This document shows, piece after piece, positions 36,401-45,322 of a DNA stretch of 51,584 bases (its first letter is position 1; each line of letters begins with the position of its first letter). Source of the DNA: an uncultured Anaerolineales bacterium (GTDB taxonomy: Bacteria > Chloroflexota > Anaerolineae > UBA1429). The stretch lies in NCBI GenBank assembly GCA_964649365.1, contig CAZYPJ010000001.1, forward strand, positions 8,881 to 60,464, written 5' to 3'. A program made the position numbers and the translations under genes. A model generated the notes under the pieces. The model saw only the letters and a list, made by a program, of their open reading frames with translations, was not told the DNA's origin and searched no databases.

Positions 36401-38401
36401 ATGGTCGTAGAGCCTATCAAACACAGGACGTGGAGCAGGCCAAGTCGAGAATGGGTTTTGCTGGCAGCGATGGTGGTCGTCGCCGCCTTTTTGCGTTTTG
36501 TGGCACTCGATACGCTGCCGCCGGGTCTCTATCGTGACGAGGCGTACAACGGCCTCGATGCGCTGGATGTGCTGCGCGGGCAGACGCCGCTCTTTTTCGA
36601 GGCCAATAACGGTCGTGAGCCATTGTTCATCTATTTGGAGGCGCTGGGTGTGGCGCTTCTGGGACGCTCGCCTGGGGCCTTACGTATCGTCTCGGCAATG
36701 GTGGGCGCGCTCACCATCCCAGTGTTTTATTGGCTTACACGCGAGCTGTTCGGACGACGTGTAGCTACCTATACCGCTATCTTGGCGCTCACCACTGTGT
36801 GGACGCTGAACCTGAGCCGCGTTGCCTTTCGCGCGGTGACGCTGCCGCCGATAGCGGCGGTCGCGTTGGCGCTGTTGTGGCGCGGGCTGGCGCAGCGCCG
36901 ACCGGGGTGCATGGTGTTGGCAGGCGCAGTCTATGGCCTGACCTTTTACACCTACTTGGCGGCGCGATTCAGCATTGTGGCGCTAGCGGTATTTATCGTC
37001 TATTGTGCGATTTGGCGTCGCGAGCGATTTTGGTTACGTGGATGGTTTTGCTTTGCGGCGGCGGCGCTGGTCATCGCTGCTCCATTGGGTGTGTATTTTT
37101 TGGCGCACTGGGATGTGATGATGGCGCGCGCCGGGCAGGTCTCGGTGTTCAGCGAGGCCATCAACCATGGCGATCTGCGGGGCACGTTGCTGCGCCACGT
37201 GGGTCGCGTCGCGCGAGGGTTCTTCTATCGGGGCGATTTCATCCCCCGGCACAATGTGCCGCTGCGGCCCGTGTTCGACCCGCTAATCGGTTTGGCATTC
37301 TTGGCGGGGATCGGGCTGGCGCTCTATCGGGCGCGGCGCGATGCGGCGTATGGTTTGACGCTGATCTGGTTTGGCGTGATGCTGTTGCCCACGATATTGG
37401 CCGAAGATGCACCACACATGCTGCGCGGCTCGGGCGTTCTGCCAACCTTGTTCATCCTGCCGGCGCTGGGCCTGGCCGAGTTTGTCTATTGGATGGAGCG
37501 TAAGGGGCGGGCGATGCTGGCCTATGCGCTCATCGGCGCGGTACTGGCTTTCAGCGCGGGGCAGAGCGTGGCGGCTTATGCTCGTCATCTGCACAGCGAG
37601 GCTGTCTATTACAATTTTGAGGCTGGCGCCACTGAACTAGCTGTCGAGATCAACCGTTATCTCGGCAGCGGCTGGCAGGGCCAGGGGCTGAGCGCCGCCA
37701 ATAGTACGCCCCGCCAGGATCGGCAGGTCTATCTGGCGTCCCGATTGTGGCGCGATTGGCCCTCGGTGCGATTTCTGTGCGCTGCGAGCGATGCGCTGGT
37801 CGTTTTGCCCGAACGAGGAGTTGCGCCTAAACCGAACGCACCCGATGTGATGTTGGCGCTGTGGCCCTTTGAGCCGCGCGATGAGGCGTTGGCCCTTTTG
37901 CCGTCCAACCGCATGATCTCAGTGCGTGAGGGGGCGCGTGAGCGAGGCGACTTGGAGAAAGAAAGCCGCCTGCTTTACGTGTTGTGGCGCAGCGAGCCAC
38001 CCGATAATGCGCCGCGCAACGTCGAGCGCAACTTCGAGCAGGGTATTCGCCTGTTAGGTTACCGTATCCAGCCCAGCGCCGATGAGCAAACGCTGACTGT
38101 GAGCCTTTATTGGCAGGCGATGCAATCCGTCGCTGAGAACTATACTGTGTTCTGCCACATCGTGAGTGGCGGCGGGTTGATCGGCCAACATGACAGTTCG
38201 CCCGCGGGTGGCTATTACGCCACTATGGAATGGCGACCGGGTGACATCGTCGAGGATCGCCATAAGGTTGCGCTGTCATCGCCTTACGATCCAAGCTGCC
38301 AAGTCATCGTGGGTCTTTATCGCTTAGAGACGATGCAACGCCTAGCCGTGCTCGATGCGGCGGGCGCGCCTACATCAGAAACGAGTCTGACGCTCAAATA
38401 G
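36401..38401 (+). CDS. GT-C glycosyltransferase, family 39 / PMT_2 (ArnT/PMT-like) with C-terminal extracytoplasmic beta-rich module
   Basis: From ATG 36401 the product begins MVVEPIKHRTWSRPSREWVLLAAMVVVAAFLRFVALDTLPPGLYRDEAYNGLDA (first-loop DE motif), followed by many TM helices. The C-terminal module is IRLLGYRIQ...LTVSLYWQAMQ...YTVFCHIV...GGYYATMEWRPGDIVEDR...IVGLYR. TATAAT at 36380-36385 with TTGCGC 17 bp upstream would give a very short leader. ATG 36248 is an alternative start. Confidence 0.83.
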   Translation: MVVEPIKHRTWSRPSREWVLLAAMVVVAAFLRFVALDTLPPGLYRDEAYNGLDALDVLRGQTPLFFEANNGREPLFIYLEALGVALLGRSPGALRIVSAMVGALTIPVFYWLTRELFGRRVATYTAILALTTVWTLNLSRVAFRAVTLPPIAAVALALLWRGLAQRRPGCMVLAGAVYGLTFYTYLAARFSIVALAVFIVYCAIWRRERFWLRGWFCFAAAALVIAAPLGVYFLAHWDVMMARAGQVSVFSEAINHGDLRGTLLRHVGRVARGFFYRGDFIPRHNVPLRPVFDPLIGLAFLAGIGLALYRARRDAAYGLTLIWFGVMLLPTILAEDAPHMLRGSGVLPTLFILPALGLAEFVYWMERKGRAMLAYALIGAVLAFSAGQSVAAYARHLHSEAVYYNFEAGATELAVEINRYLGSGWQGQGLSAANSTPRQDRQVYLASRLWRDWPSVRFLCAASDALVVLPERGVAPKPNAPDVMLALWPFEPRDEALALLPSNRMISVREGARERGDLEKESRLLYVLWRSEPPDNAPRNVERNFEQGIRLLGYRIQPSADEQTLTVSLYWQAMQSVAENYTVFCHIVSGGGLIGQHDSSPAGGYYATMEWRPGDIVEDRHKVALSSPYDPSCQVIVGLYRLETMQRLAVLDAAGAPTSETSLTLK

Positions 38402-38427
38402 ATTGCTTATGGCCAGGAGGAAATCGA

Positions 38428-39720
38428 ATGCGCCGAGTATCAATCATTGCTGTTCTGCTGTTGTTGCTGCTCGCCCTGGTGATAGGCGCTTTGCCCGGCG
38501 TACAGGCAGGCTGCGCGGGGAACGCCTTGCCCAACGGCGACTTCGAGGCCGGCTTTTCGGAGCGCGGATCGGGCGAGGTGACGGTGGCCAACCAGTGGAC
38601 GCCCTATTGGCAGGACGGCCCCGACCAGGACAAAGGTATGAATCGTCGCCCTGAATACAAGGCGGAGGACGCCAATCGCTACGGCCGGCAGCGCGTCAAG
38701 GAAGGCAATTACGCCCAAAAAAGGGGCAACAACTATGCCACTCATCATGGGGGCGTCTATCAACGGGTCGGCGTCCCGGCGGGCAGCCAGGTGAGCGTTC
38801 ATGTCTGGGCGCAGGCCTGGAGTTCGGAAAAGGATGATCCCAAGTCCGTGTCGGATGGGGCGTATGGCCTCTCCATCGGCCTGGATCCAACCGGCGGCGC
38901 CGATTGGACTTCGTCCAATATCATTTGGTCGGAACGCAATGGCGCGCTGAATACCTGGGTTGAGTTTACGCTGGCGGCGCAAGCTCAAGGCGATGCTGTG
39001 ACCATCTATCTGCGCGGCGACGCCGAGTGGCCCGTAAAGCACAATGACGCCTATTTCGATGATGTGTGCCTTACGGTCTCGGCCCCGCAACCTACGGCCA
39101 AACCTACCAGCAAACCTCAGCCCACCAACCCGCCTGCGCCCAAGCCTTCGGCTACGCCCGAAACCGAGCCGACCGAGGCGCCGACTGAGGCGGCTGAAGC
39201 GCCTACTGCGCCCGCGCCCACCGACACGCCTGCTACGGGAGCGCTTCGCGTGGTCGTCTTTGAGGACAAGAACGGAAATGGTTTGCGCGACGCCGATGAG
39301 CCGCTGTTGCCCAACGCTCGCATCACTCTGCTCAATATGCAACGCGCGCCGGTGGCGAGCCACACGACTCAGGGCGGCTCGGAGCAAGTGACTTTTGCGT
39401 CGCTGGCGCCGGGTGACTATATTCTTACCGAGCGAGATCCGGATGGGTACGAATCCACTTCGCCCAACGAGTGGGCCGTCACCGTTCTCGCCGGAGCGCA
39501 AAAGGAGTTGACTTTTGGCGACCGCGCTATCCCGGTGTCGCCGACGCTCACCGCCGAGCCGAGCGCTACGCCGCTTCCGCCCACCGAAGCCCCGGCGACA
39601 GCCACACCGGTACCCGTCAAGGCTGCTGGCCGAGGGGCGACCACCATGAGCGGCTTGCTGGTAGCGGCGCTGGCGGTGCTCTTATTGGTGGCCGTGTGGT
39701 TCATGCGAGCCAGGGAATAA
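38428..39720 (+). CDS. Secreted/anchored protein: signal peptide, CBM-like jelly-roll, Pro/Thr/Ala linker, SdrD-B/CnaB-like domain, second PT stretch, C-terminal TM anchor
   Basis: 430 aa, with AGGAGGAAA upstream. The signal peptide is MRRVSIIAVLLLLLLALVIGALPGVQA. The head has NALPNGDFEAGFS...AYFDDVCL. The linker PQPTAKPTSKPQPTNPPAPKPSATPETEPTEAPTEAAEAPTAPAPTDTPATG spans ~39080-39240. Then come VVVFEDKNGNGLRDADEPLLPNARITL...GDYILTE and the tail LLVAALAVLLLVAVWFMRARE. Confidence 0.8.
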   Translation: MRRVSIIAVLLLLLLALVIGALPGVQAGCAGNALPNGDFEAGFSERGSGEVTVANQWTPYWQDGPDQDKGMNRRPEYKAEDANRYGRQRVKEGNYAQKRGNNYATHHGGVYQRVGVPAGSQVSVHVWAQAWSSEKDDPKSVSDGAYGLSIGLDPTGGADWTSSNIIWSERNGALNTWVEFTLAAQAQGDAVTIYLRGDAEWPVKHNDAYFDDVCLTVSAPQPTAKPTSKPQPTNPPAPKPSATPETEPTEAPTEAAEAPTAPAPTDTPATGALRVVVFEDKNGNGLRDADEPLLPNARITLLNMQRAPVASHTTQGGSEQVTFASLAPGDYILTERDPDGYESTSPNEWAVTVLAGAQKELTFGDRAIPVSPTLTAEPSATPLPPTEAPATATPVPVKAAGRGATTMSGLLVAALAVLLLVAVWFMRARE

Positions 39721-39728
39721 CGGGCGCT

Positions 39729-42401
39729 ATGCCTTGCCATGATCTAGCGCGCTCAACCGAGTATAGCGCCAGGGAGCGGCCCTATGGCCTCGCCCTGGCG
39801 TTGTGTTTGGCTGCCCTGGCGGCGCTGCCCTTGCTGATCGGTCCCGGCATCGTGCTCACGCGCGCGGGCGGTGATTCGCCGTTCCTCATCCAGCGGGTGC
39901 ATCAGCTCGCCCAAAATCTGCGCGCCGGGATCGCGCCCGCCCAATGGATGCCCGACGCCGCCTATGGGCTGGGCTACCCCATGTTCCGCTATTACGCGGC
40001 GCTGCCCTATTACCTTGCCGCCGCGCTCGACATCGCCGGGGCGGGGGTGTTGTGGGGAACCAAACTGACGCAGGCATTGGGTTTTTTGCTGGCAGGCTGG
40101 GCGATGTATCGGTTAGCTCGCGCGTCAGGGGCCAACGCGCCAGGCGCAGTATTAGCCTCGGCGGCCTACACCTATGCGCCGTTCCACTTGGCCAACGTCT
40201 ATGTGCGCGGCGATGCGCTCTCCGAGTTCTATGCTTATGCGCTCTATCCACTCATTATCTGGGCGCTGATCGCCCTTTGCGAAAAGGCCACGCCCGCGCG
40301 CATCGCGGCGCTAGCGGCGAGTTATGCAGCTTTGGCGCTGACGCACAACATCTCGGTTCTGATCTTTAGCCCTTTGGTGGGTGTGTGGCTATTGGTCGAG
40401 GCACTCGGCTCACGACCCCGCCGCGCTTGGCGCACGCTGTTGTGGGGCGGGCTGGCGCTGGCGTTGGGGCTGGCGCTCAGCGCCTGGTTTTGGTGGCCAG
40501 CCCTGAGCGAGCAGAATCTGGTGCAGCTTCAGGAACAGACCACTGGCTACTTTCACTATGAGGGACACTTTCGCACCCTAAACCTGGTCAATTGGCGGCC
40601 AGTGCATAATTACTCCATTGATGGCAGGCGCGACCCTTTCAATATGGGCCTGATACAGGTCCTTTTGACATTGGCCAGTCTAGCGGCGCTGGTCGTACGC
40701 CGCATCAAACGGCAGCCAATTTCACGGGTGCAAGGGCTGGCTATCCTGGCCCTGGTGGTCTATACCGTGTTGATGACGCCCCTCTCTAATTGGCTGTGGG
40801 CGCACATGCCATTGTTGCCATTTGTGCAATTCCCCTGGCGGCTCCTTGCGGTGCAAGCGGTCGCTGTGAGCTTGTTGACCATCGTTCTGACCGAAGCGCT
40901 GAATAACTGGCGAGCCTGGACCGTATCCTTTATTGCCGCCAGCGCGCTGGCCATTGGTGGGATGGTAGGTCTGAATCTCGACCGCCTGTCTATCAGCGAA
41001 TCCGAAATCACCCCTGAGCGACTGATGCTCTTTGAGAGCTATTCGGGCAACATCGGCACGACCATTCGCTACGAATACCTGCCCCGCGAGATGCTGCCTC
41101 GCCCCTATACTTCGGCGGTGCAAGCAAACGGCGGGCGCAAACCCGCGCCGCTGGCCCTGGAAGGCAAGCTCACAGCGGCAAATCTCGTGGCGCGTAACCC
41201 GGAATCGGAAAGCTGGCAGATCGAGGTGGCCGAAGAATCGCTATTGGCTTTTCATACCGTTGCCTTCCCAAATTGGCAAGCGAGCGTGGATGGGATCGCG
41301 CAACCGCTCGAATCTCTTGGCGGCCTGGGGCTGATCGGCCTGCGGCTGCCTGCGGGCCAGCATCGCGTCGAGCTGCGCTATCGCTCTACCTCTACACGGC
41401 AGGCGATGGGACGGGTCTCGCTAGGCGCGGGCATGGTTTGGTTGGCGCTGGCGCTTTATCCAGCCTTCAAATCGGCGCGCTACCGATTGGGCGCGCTGGC
41501 TGTCGTGTGGGCGCTCATTATCGCCGGGGCCTGGGTGGTCGTGACCCCCATATCACTCCCTGCGACGGGGGCGTTCACCGGGCCGCTGGTGATGGACACC
41601 ACGCGCGCGCCCTATCTGCATCACGAGCCGGAGGGCGTGTATTGGGGTGACGTGCATCTTACTGATTATGCTATCGAAGAGACCGAACTCGAACCAGGCG
41701 GCCACCTGCGTGTGACGCTGTCTTGGGATGCGTCGCATCCCGATTATCAGGCGCACGTCCAGCTTTTGGGTCTCACGGCGCACCACATGGAGCCAGCGCC
41801 GATCTGGGCCAAGAAAAAGGGCGCGATCACCACGACGCAGACCACGCTAGAGGTAACGCTGCCCGATGATCTGCCGCCGGGGCTGTATGCGCCTCGGCTG
41901 GTCATCGAAAAGGATGGCGATGAGCAGCTTGCCAGCACAGCATCGGGGCGCTCGATGGATCGGCTGTCGCTAGCGCCCGTTCAGGTTGTGGCCGCTCGTC
42001 GCGCTACTGGCCAAGAGCAGGCGCTGGCTGCCTACGGCCCCGAACAGGCGCCGCCCGAAATCTCGCTGCTGGCGCTGAGCGCCGACCGCACCGGCAAGCG
42101 GACGGTGGCCGTGTCGTTGACGTGGCGCAGCGAGCGACAAGCGCCGCTCAACTATATGATGTCGCTGCGGCTGGAACACCCCGATGGCTATGTAGTCGTC
42201 TCGCGCGATCTGCCGCCATTGCTGGGGGGCTATCCCACCAGCTTGTGGCGCCCGGGCGAATTGGTCGCCGATCGTGTGATCTTGATCTTACCCCAAGATG
42301 AAACTCTGCGGGCCGATTACACTCTACGGGTAGTGCTTTATGACCGCGCTACCATGCGCTCTATTGGCGAAGGAATGGCGCAGGGCGTGGACTTGCGCTG
42401 A
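39729..42401 (+). CDS. Large polytopic GT-C-fold membrane protein (COG5617 / PTPS-related or YfhO-like) with two C-terminal beta-rich modules
   Basis: 890 aa from ATG 39729, 8 nt after the upstream stop. The first loop is GGDSPFLIQRVHQLAQNLRAGIAPAQWMPDAAYGLGYPMFRYYAALPYYL, followed by more than 12 TM helices. The C-terminal modules are LRVTLSWDASHPDYQAHVQLL and VAVSLTWRSERQAPLNYMMSLRLEHPDG...GGYPTSLWRPGELVADR...LRVVLYD. The track start 39471 overlaps the previous gene. Confidence 0.72.
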   Translation: MPCHDLARSTEYSARERPYGLALALCLAALAALPLLIGPGIVLTRAGGDSPFLIQRVHQLAQNLRAGIAPAQWMPDAAYGLGYPMFRYYAALPYYLAAALDIAGAGVLWGTKLTQALGFLLAGWAMYRLARASGANAPGAVLASAAYTYAPFHLANVYVRGDALSEFYAYALYPLIIWALIALCEKATPARIAALAASYAALALTHNISVLIFSPLVGVWLLVEALGSRPRRAWRTLLWGGLALALGLALSAWFWWPALSEQNLVQLQEQTTGYFHYEGHFRTLNLVNWRPVHNYSIDGRRDPFNMGLIQVLLTLASLAALVVRRIKRQPISRVQGLAILALVVYTVLMTPLSNWLWAHMPLLPFVQFPWRLLAVQAVAVSLLTIVLTEALNNWRAWTVSFIAASALAIGGMVGLNLDRLSISESEITPERLMLFESYSGNIGTTIRYEYLPREMLPRPYTSAVQANGGRKPAPLALEGKLTAANLVARNPESESWQIEVAEESLLAFHTVAFPNWQASVDGIAQPLESLGGLGLIGLRLPAGQHRVELRYRSTSTRQAMGRVSLGAGMVWLALALYPAFKSARYRLGALAVVWALIIAGAWVVVTPISLPATGAFTGPLVMDTTRAPYLHHEPEGVYWGDVHLTDYAIEETELEPGGHLRVTLSWDASHPDYQAHVQLLGLTAHHMEPAPIWAKKKGAITTTQTTLEVTLPDDLPPGLYAPRLVIEKDGDEQLASTASGRSMDRLSLAPVQVVAARRATGQEQALAAYGPEQAPPEISLLALSADRTGKRTVAVSLTWRSERQAPLNYMMSLRLEHPDGYVVVSRDLPPLLGGYPTSLWRPGELVADRVILILPQDETLRADYTLRVVLYDRATMRSIGEGMAQGVDLR

Positions 42402-42412
42402 ACAGACGCTCG

Positions 42413-45322
42413 CTACTCGATAGGGACAGCGCCCACGTGAAGCGTTGTCCCCTGCCCTTGCCGCACCAGACGCTCATCCAGCACGGAAAGCGGTTGCAGT
42501 GTGAAGGCGTCGTACACGGTTAACGTCAGCGTCGCCTCGCCGCGCGGGGCGTCGGCGAGGAGCGTGATCCGGCGCGGATCGGTCACACGCCAACCGCGCA
42601 CCCATTTGAGCGTGGGAATAGCCCCTAATGCCGGAGTGCCGTCCGATTTCTGCTCCCAGCCCACATCGGGGCGCGTCACGCCGAACGACATGGAGTAATC
42701 GGCCAGCAACGGGCGCAGCGTCAGGAAATTGAGCGACCAATACGCTTCTTGGCCGGCGATGGCTTGGCTGGGCGATTGCCCCAAGCCGACAAAGGCCATC
42801 TCGCCGCCCAAGGGCACATAGCGCGCTACCGAGCGCGGCAGTTCAAGCCGCATTCCCGCCGACGTGCGCCGATGCCAGGGGCCGAATCTGCCAAGTGGTT
42901 CGCCGCCATCTCTCACGACTTGTACTTCTACCTCTGCCAGATTGTTAGTCATGTCGAGCGCCAGAGTGGCCGCCTCGCCGGGCCGCAGCGCGGGCAGAGC
43001 CGCCTCGGCGATGATCTGTTTTGCGGTCAGCAGGCGCACCGTTGCCTGGCTCGAGTCGGCGCGCCCGCGCCAATGCAAGTAAAGCCGCGTCTGCCCGGCG
43101 ACGCCTCGGTCGAAATCCACACCGGTCAGGCGTAGCCCGCCGTCGAAATCCAGGCGTAGCGGGTGCAACGTGGCTGCCGATTCACGTCGGGGACGCACGG
43201 CAAGCGTGGTCAGCGCAATGTGATCTTGCCCTTGAGAGGTGAGCCGCATCCAACCGTTGCCATCAGAGTAGTAGAATCCTGTGATGAGCTGATACTCTCC
43301 CGGCGGCGTGTGCAAAAGCAAAGCAAAGCGATAGTGATCGGCCCGCACCTCGCCGACGAGATATTCGCGTGAGCGATGAGCGACGTCACCCTGGCCCACC
43401 ACGCCGCCCGGCCCGATGAGCTGTGCAAAGGTCGAATAGTCGCGCGCTAAAGGCTGGGTGGGCTGCCAATACACGGTCAGCTCGACGGCGTCGCCGGGGG
43501 TCAGCGTATCCTGGGCCAGCTCATAGCCCAATATGCGGATGCCTTCCTCGAACGACGCCTCGCTGCCCATCGCCTGGGCGGGCAGCGCATTCAAAGGTTC
43601 ACGGCTCGCCAGCCAGGCGTCGTGAAGCGGCAGCCAATGGTAGCCCACACCCTCGTAAGCATAGAACCAGTTGGTCACAATCACCGGGCGTTGATCTATC
43701 TCTTCGCCAATGCGCCGCAGCCATACCTGCTCGTTGGGCGTAGCTCCCTCGGGATAGACATATGTCACCTCTACATCGGGCCGCATCCCTTCGACCTGCT
43801 GTAGATACCAAAACGGCGTGGCGCGGTGCCAACTGGATAGGATCAGCGCATCAGCGGGTGCGTCGCGCAAGATCGCCTCGGCATAGTCGCGCGCCGAAGT
43901 GTCCTGGTGCAAGGTGTGGTAGCTGGGCCAATTGGCCACGCCGTTCGACGCCGCCAGCAGCGCCAACCCAGCGACGACTGTGGCATTTGCCCAGCGCGGC
44001 CAGGCGCGTTGCGCCAGCCCCAGGCCATAGCCCAGCAACATTGCCAGCGCCACATAGGAAGGAATGAGGTATTCCACCGTCTGTGGGGCGCGATAGGTGA
44101 TGGCTGCCAGGGTGTTGATGGCCCACGTTCCCCCTAACAAGAGCAACGTCCGCCAGTTCGAGCGCGCCGTGGGCCAGACGGCCAGCAGCATAGTCCAGGG
44201 TAGGATAGCGCCGAATTGCAGCCGCATGATCTCGACCCACACGCCGGCGCGCGGCGCCAATGTGTTCCAGGTGCGATAGTGCAGGAAATCGCCGCCAAAG
44301 CCGAGCGCCAGCACGTGGGTGACAAAGGCGTCCCACGTGCGAATGGGGCTGGAGTCGAAGGAACTGCCCATTAGGCTGCGGAGCGGCAAATAAGCCAACA
44401 CAGCCAGCGATGCGATCAACGCCAGCGCCGCGCCGCCCCAACGTTTGGGTTGCAAGACGATGCGCGGATCGGCGACCAGGATGTAGGCCAGAAACGGGAA
44501 TCCCAGCAAGCCAATCGAAGCATGATGTCCGACGCCCAGCCCGAAACATACGGCAAAGGCGATCAGATCCCGCCGAGAGCGCGTCTCGCCCCAGCGCAGC
44601 AATCTAGCCAAGCTCAGCGCGGTGAGCAGCGCCGTGAGGGTGCGAATATTAGCCGTGGTGCTCTGCGCCCAATAGGTGGCGGTCAGACCCAGCGCGCCGA
44701 CGGCGATCAGCGTCGCTGAGGTCGAGCCGACAGCGCGGCGCACGCTTCGCGCGATCACCGCCAAGGTCAACGCCCCGCACACCGCGCCGTACAAGTTGAC
44801 GCGCCAGGCTATCTCCCCGATGGGCAGCAACGTGAACAACCGCCCCAGCATGGTGTAGAGCGGATAGCCGGGCGGGTGGGCGATGCCCAGCACGGCGCTG
44901 ACCAGTTGAAACTCGCCGCTATCGGCGGGCAGGATAGTGGGGGCCAATGTGCCCACATAAAGCATCAGCGCGGCGAGGAATACGCCGATTTCCAGCCAGG
45001 GACTGCGCGGCAGAGGATGCGCATTGAGCGCGATCAACATCACCAACGCCGCGCCCCCGATGGCCAGCGCCATGAGCGAATTCGCTTGGGGATAGATGAC
45101 ATAAGCCGCCAGCGCGAAAATGGGCCAGGTGCGCGGCGCGATGCGGCGCAGCGCCGCCGCTAATCCCAACCCCGCGACTATGCCGCCCAACGCAATCGGC
45201 AGCAAGATTAGCCAGCGCAGCCCTTCCGCCGAGGTCTCGGCGGCCACGCGGCTGAGGTATAGCCCCAGGATCATGCCTTGAGCAGTGTTGCTCTTACGCA
45301 AGCTCGCAAGCCAGGCTTTCAT
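42413..45322 (-). CDS. DUF2723 / TMEM260-like GT-C glycosyltransferase with three C-terminal beta-rich modules
   Basis: 969 aa from ATG 45322-45320, which overlaps the GT4 TGA (ATGA). The first loop is TLAPTILPADSGEFQLVSAVLGIAHPPGYPLYTMLGRLF, followed by many TMs. The C-terminal third (42416-43560) has IRILGYEL...VELTVYWQPTQPLARDYSTFAQLIG and two further related modules. Confidence 0.78.
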   Translation of the reverse strand: MKAWLASLRKSNTAQGMILGLYLSRVAAETSAEGLRWLILLPIALGGIVAGLGLAAALRRIAPRTWPIFALAAYVIYPQANSLMALAIGGAALVMLIALNAHPLPRSPWLEIGVFLAALMLYVGTLAPTILPADSGEFQLVSAVLGIAHPPGYPLYTMLGRLFTLLPIGEIAWRVNLYGAVCGALTLAVIARSVRRAVGSTSATLIAVGALGLTATYWAQSTTANIRTLTALLTALSLARLLRWGETRSRRDLIAFAVCFGLGVGHHASIGLLGFPFLAYILVADPRIVLQPKRWGGAALALIASLAVLAYLPLRSLMGSSFDSSPIRTWDAFVTHVLALGFGGDFLHYRTWNTLAPRAGVWVEIMRLQFGAILPWTMLLAVWPTARSNWRTLLLLGGTWAINTLAAITYRAPQTVEYLIPSYVALAMLLGYGLGLAQRAWPRWANATVVAGLALLAASNGVANWPSYHTLHQDTSARDYAEAILRDAPADALILSSWHRATPFWYLQQVEGMRPDVEVTYVYPEGATPNEQVWLRRIGEEIDQRPVIVTNWFYAYEGVGYHWLPLHDAWLASREPLNALPAQAMGSEASFEEGIRILGYELAQDTLTPGDAVELTVYWQPTQPLARDYSTFAQLIGPGGVVGQGDVAHRSREYLVGEVRADHYRFALLLHTPPGEYQLITGFYYSDGNGWMRLTSQGQDHIALTTLAVRPRRESAATLHPLRLDFDGGLRLTGVDFDRGVAGQTRLYLHWRGRADSSQATVRLLTAKQIIAEAALPALRPGEAATLALDMTNNLAEVEVQVVRDGGEPLGRFGPWHRRTSAGMRLELPRSVARYVPLGGEMAFVGLGQSPSQAIAGQEAYWSLNFLTLRPLLADYSMSFGVTRPDVGWEQKSDGTPALGAIPTLKWVRGWRVTDPRRITLLADAPRGEATLTLTVYDAFTLQPLSVLDERLVRQGQGTTLHVGAVPIE

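Noticed and set aside
36730-37503. 257-aa alternative-frame ORF, and the other 60-230-aa ORFs overlapping the GT-C genes (for example 43851..44549)
   Set aside because: They overlap frames with clear polytopic GT-C sequence and give Arg/Gly/Ala-rich nonsense translations.
38440-39501. 353-aa minus-strand ORF
   Set aside because: It is antisense to the signal-peptide/CBM/PT-linker protein. Its Arg-rich low-complexity translation marks it as a shadow ORF.
39471-39728. Upstream extension of the 976-aa track ORF
   Set aside because: It overlaps the 3' end of the preceding secreted-protein gene in another frame. ATG 39729 gives a normal N-terminus immediately before the first TM helix.
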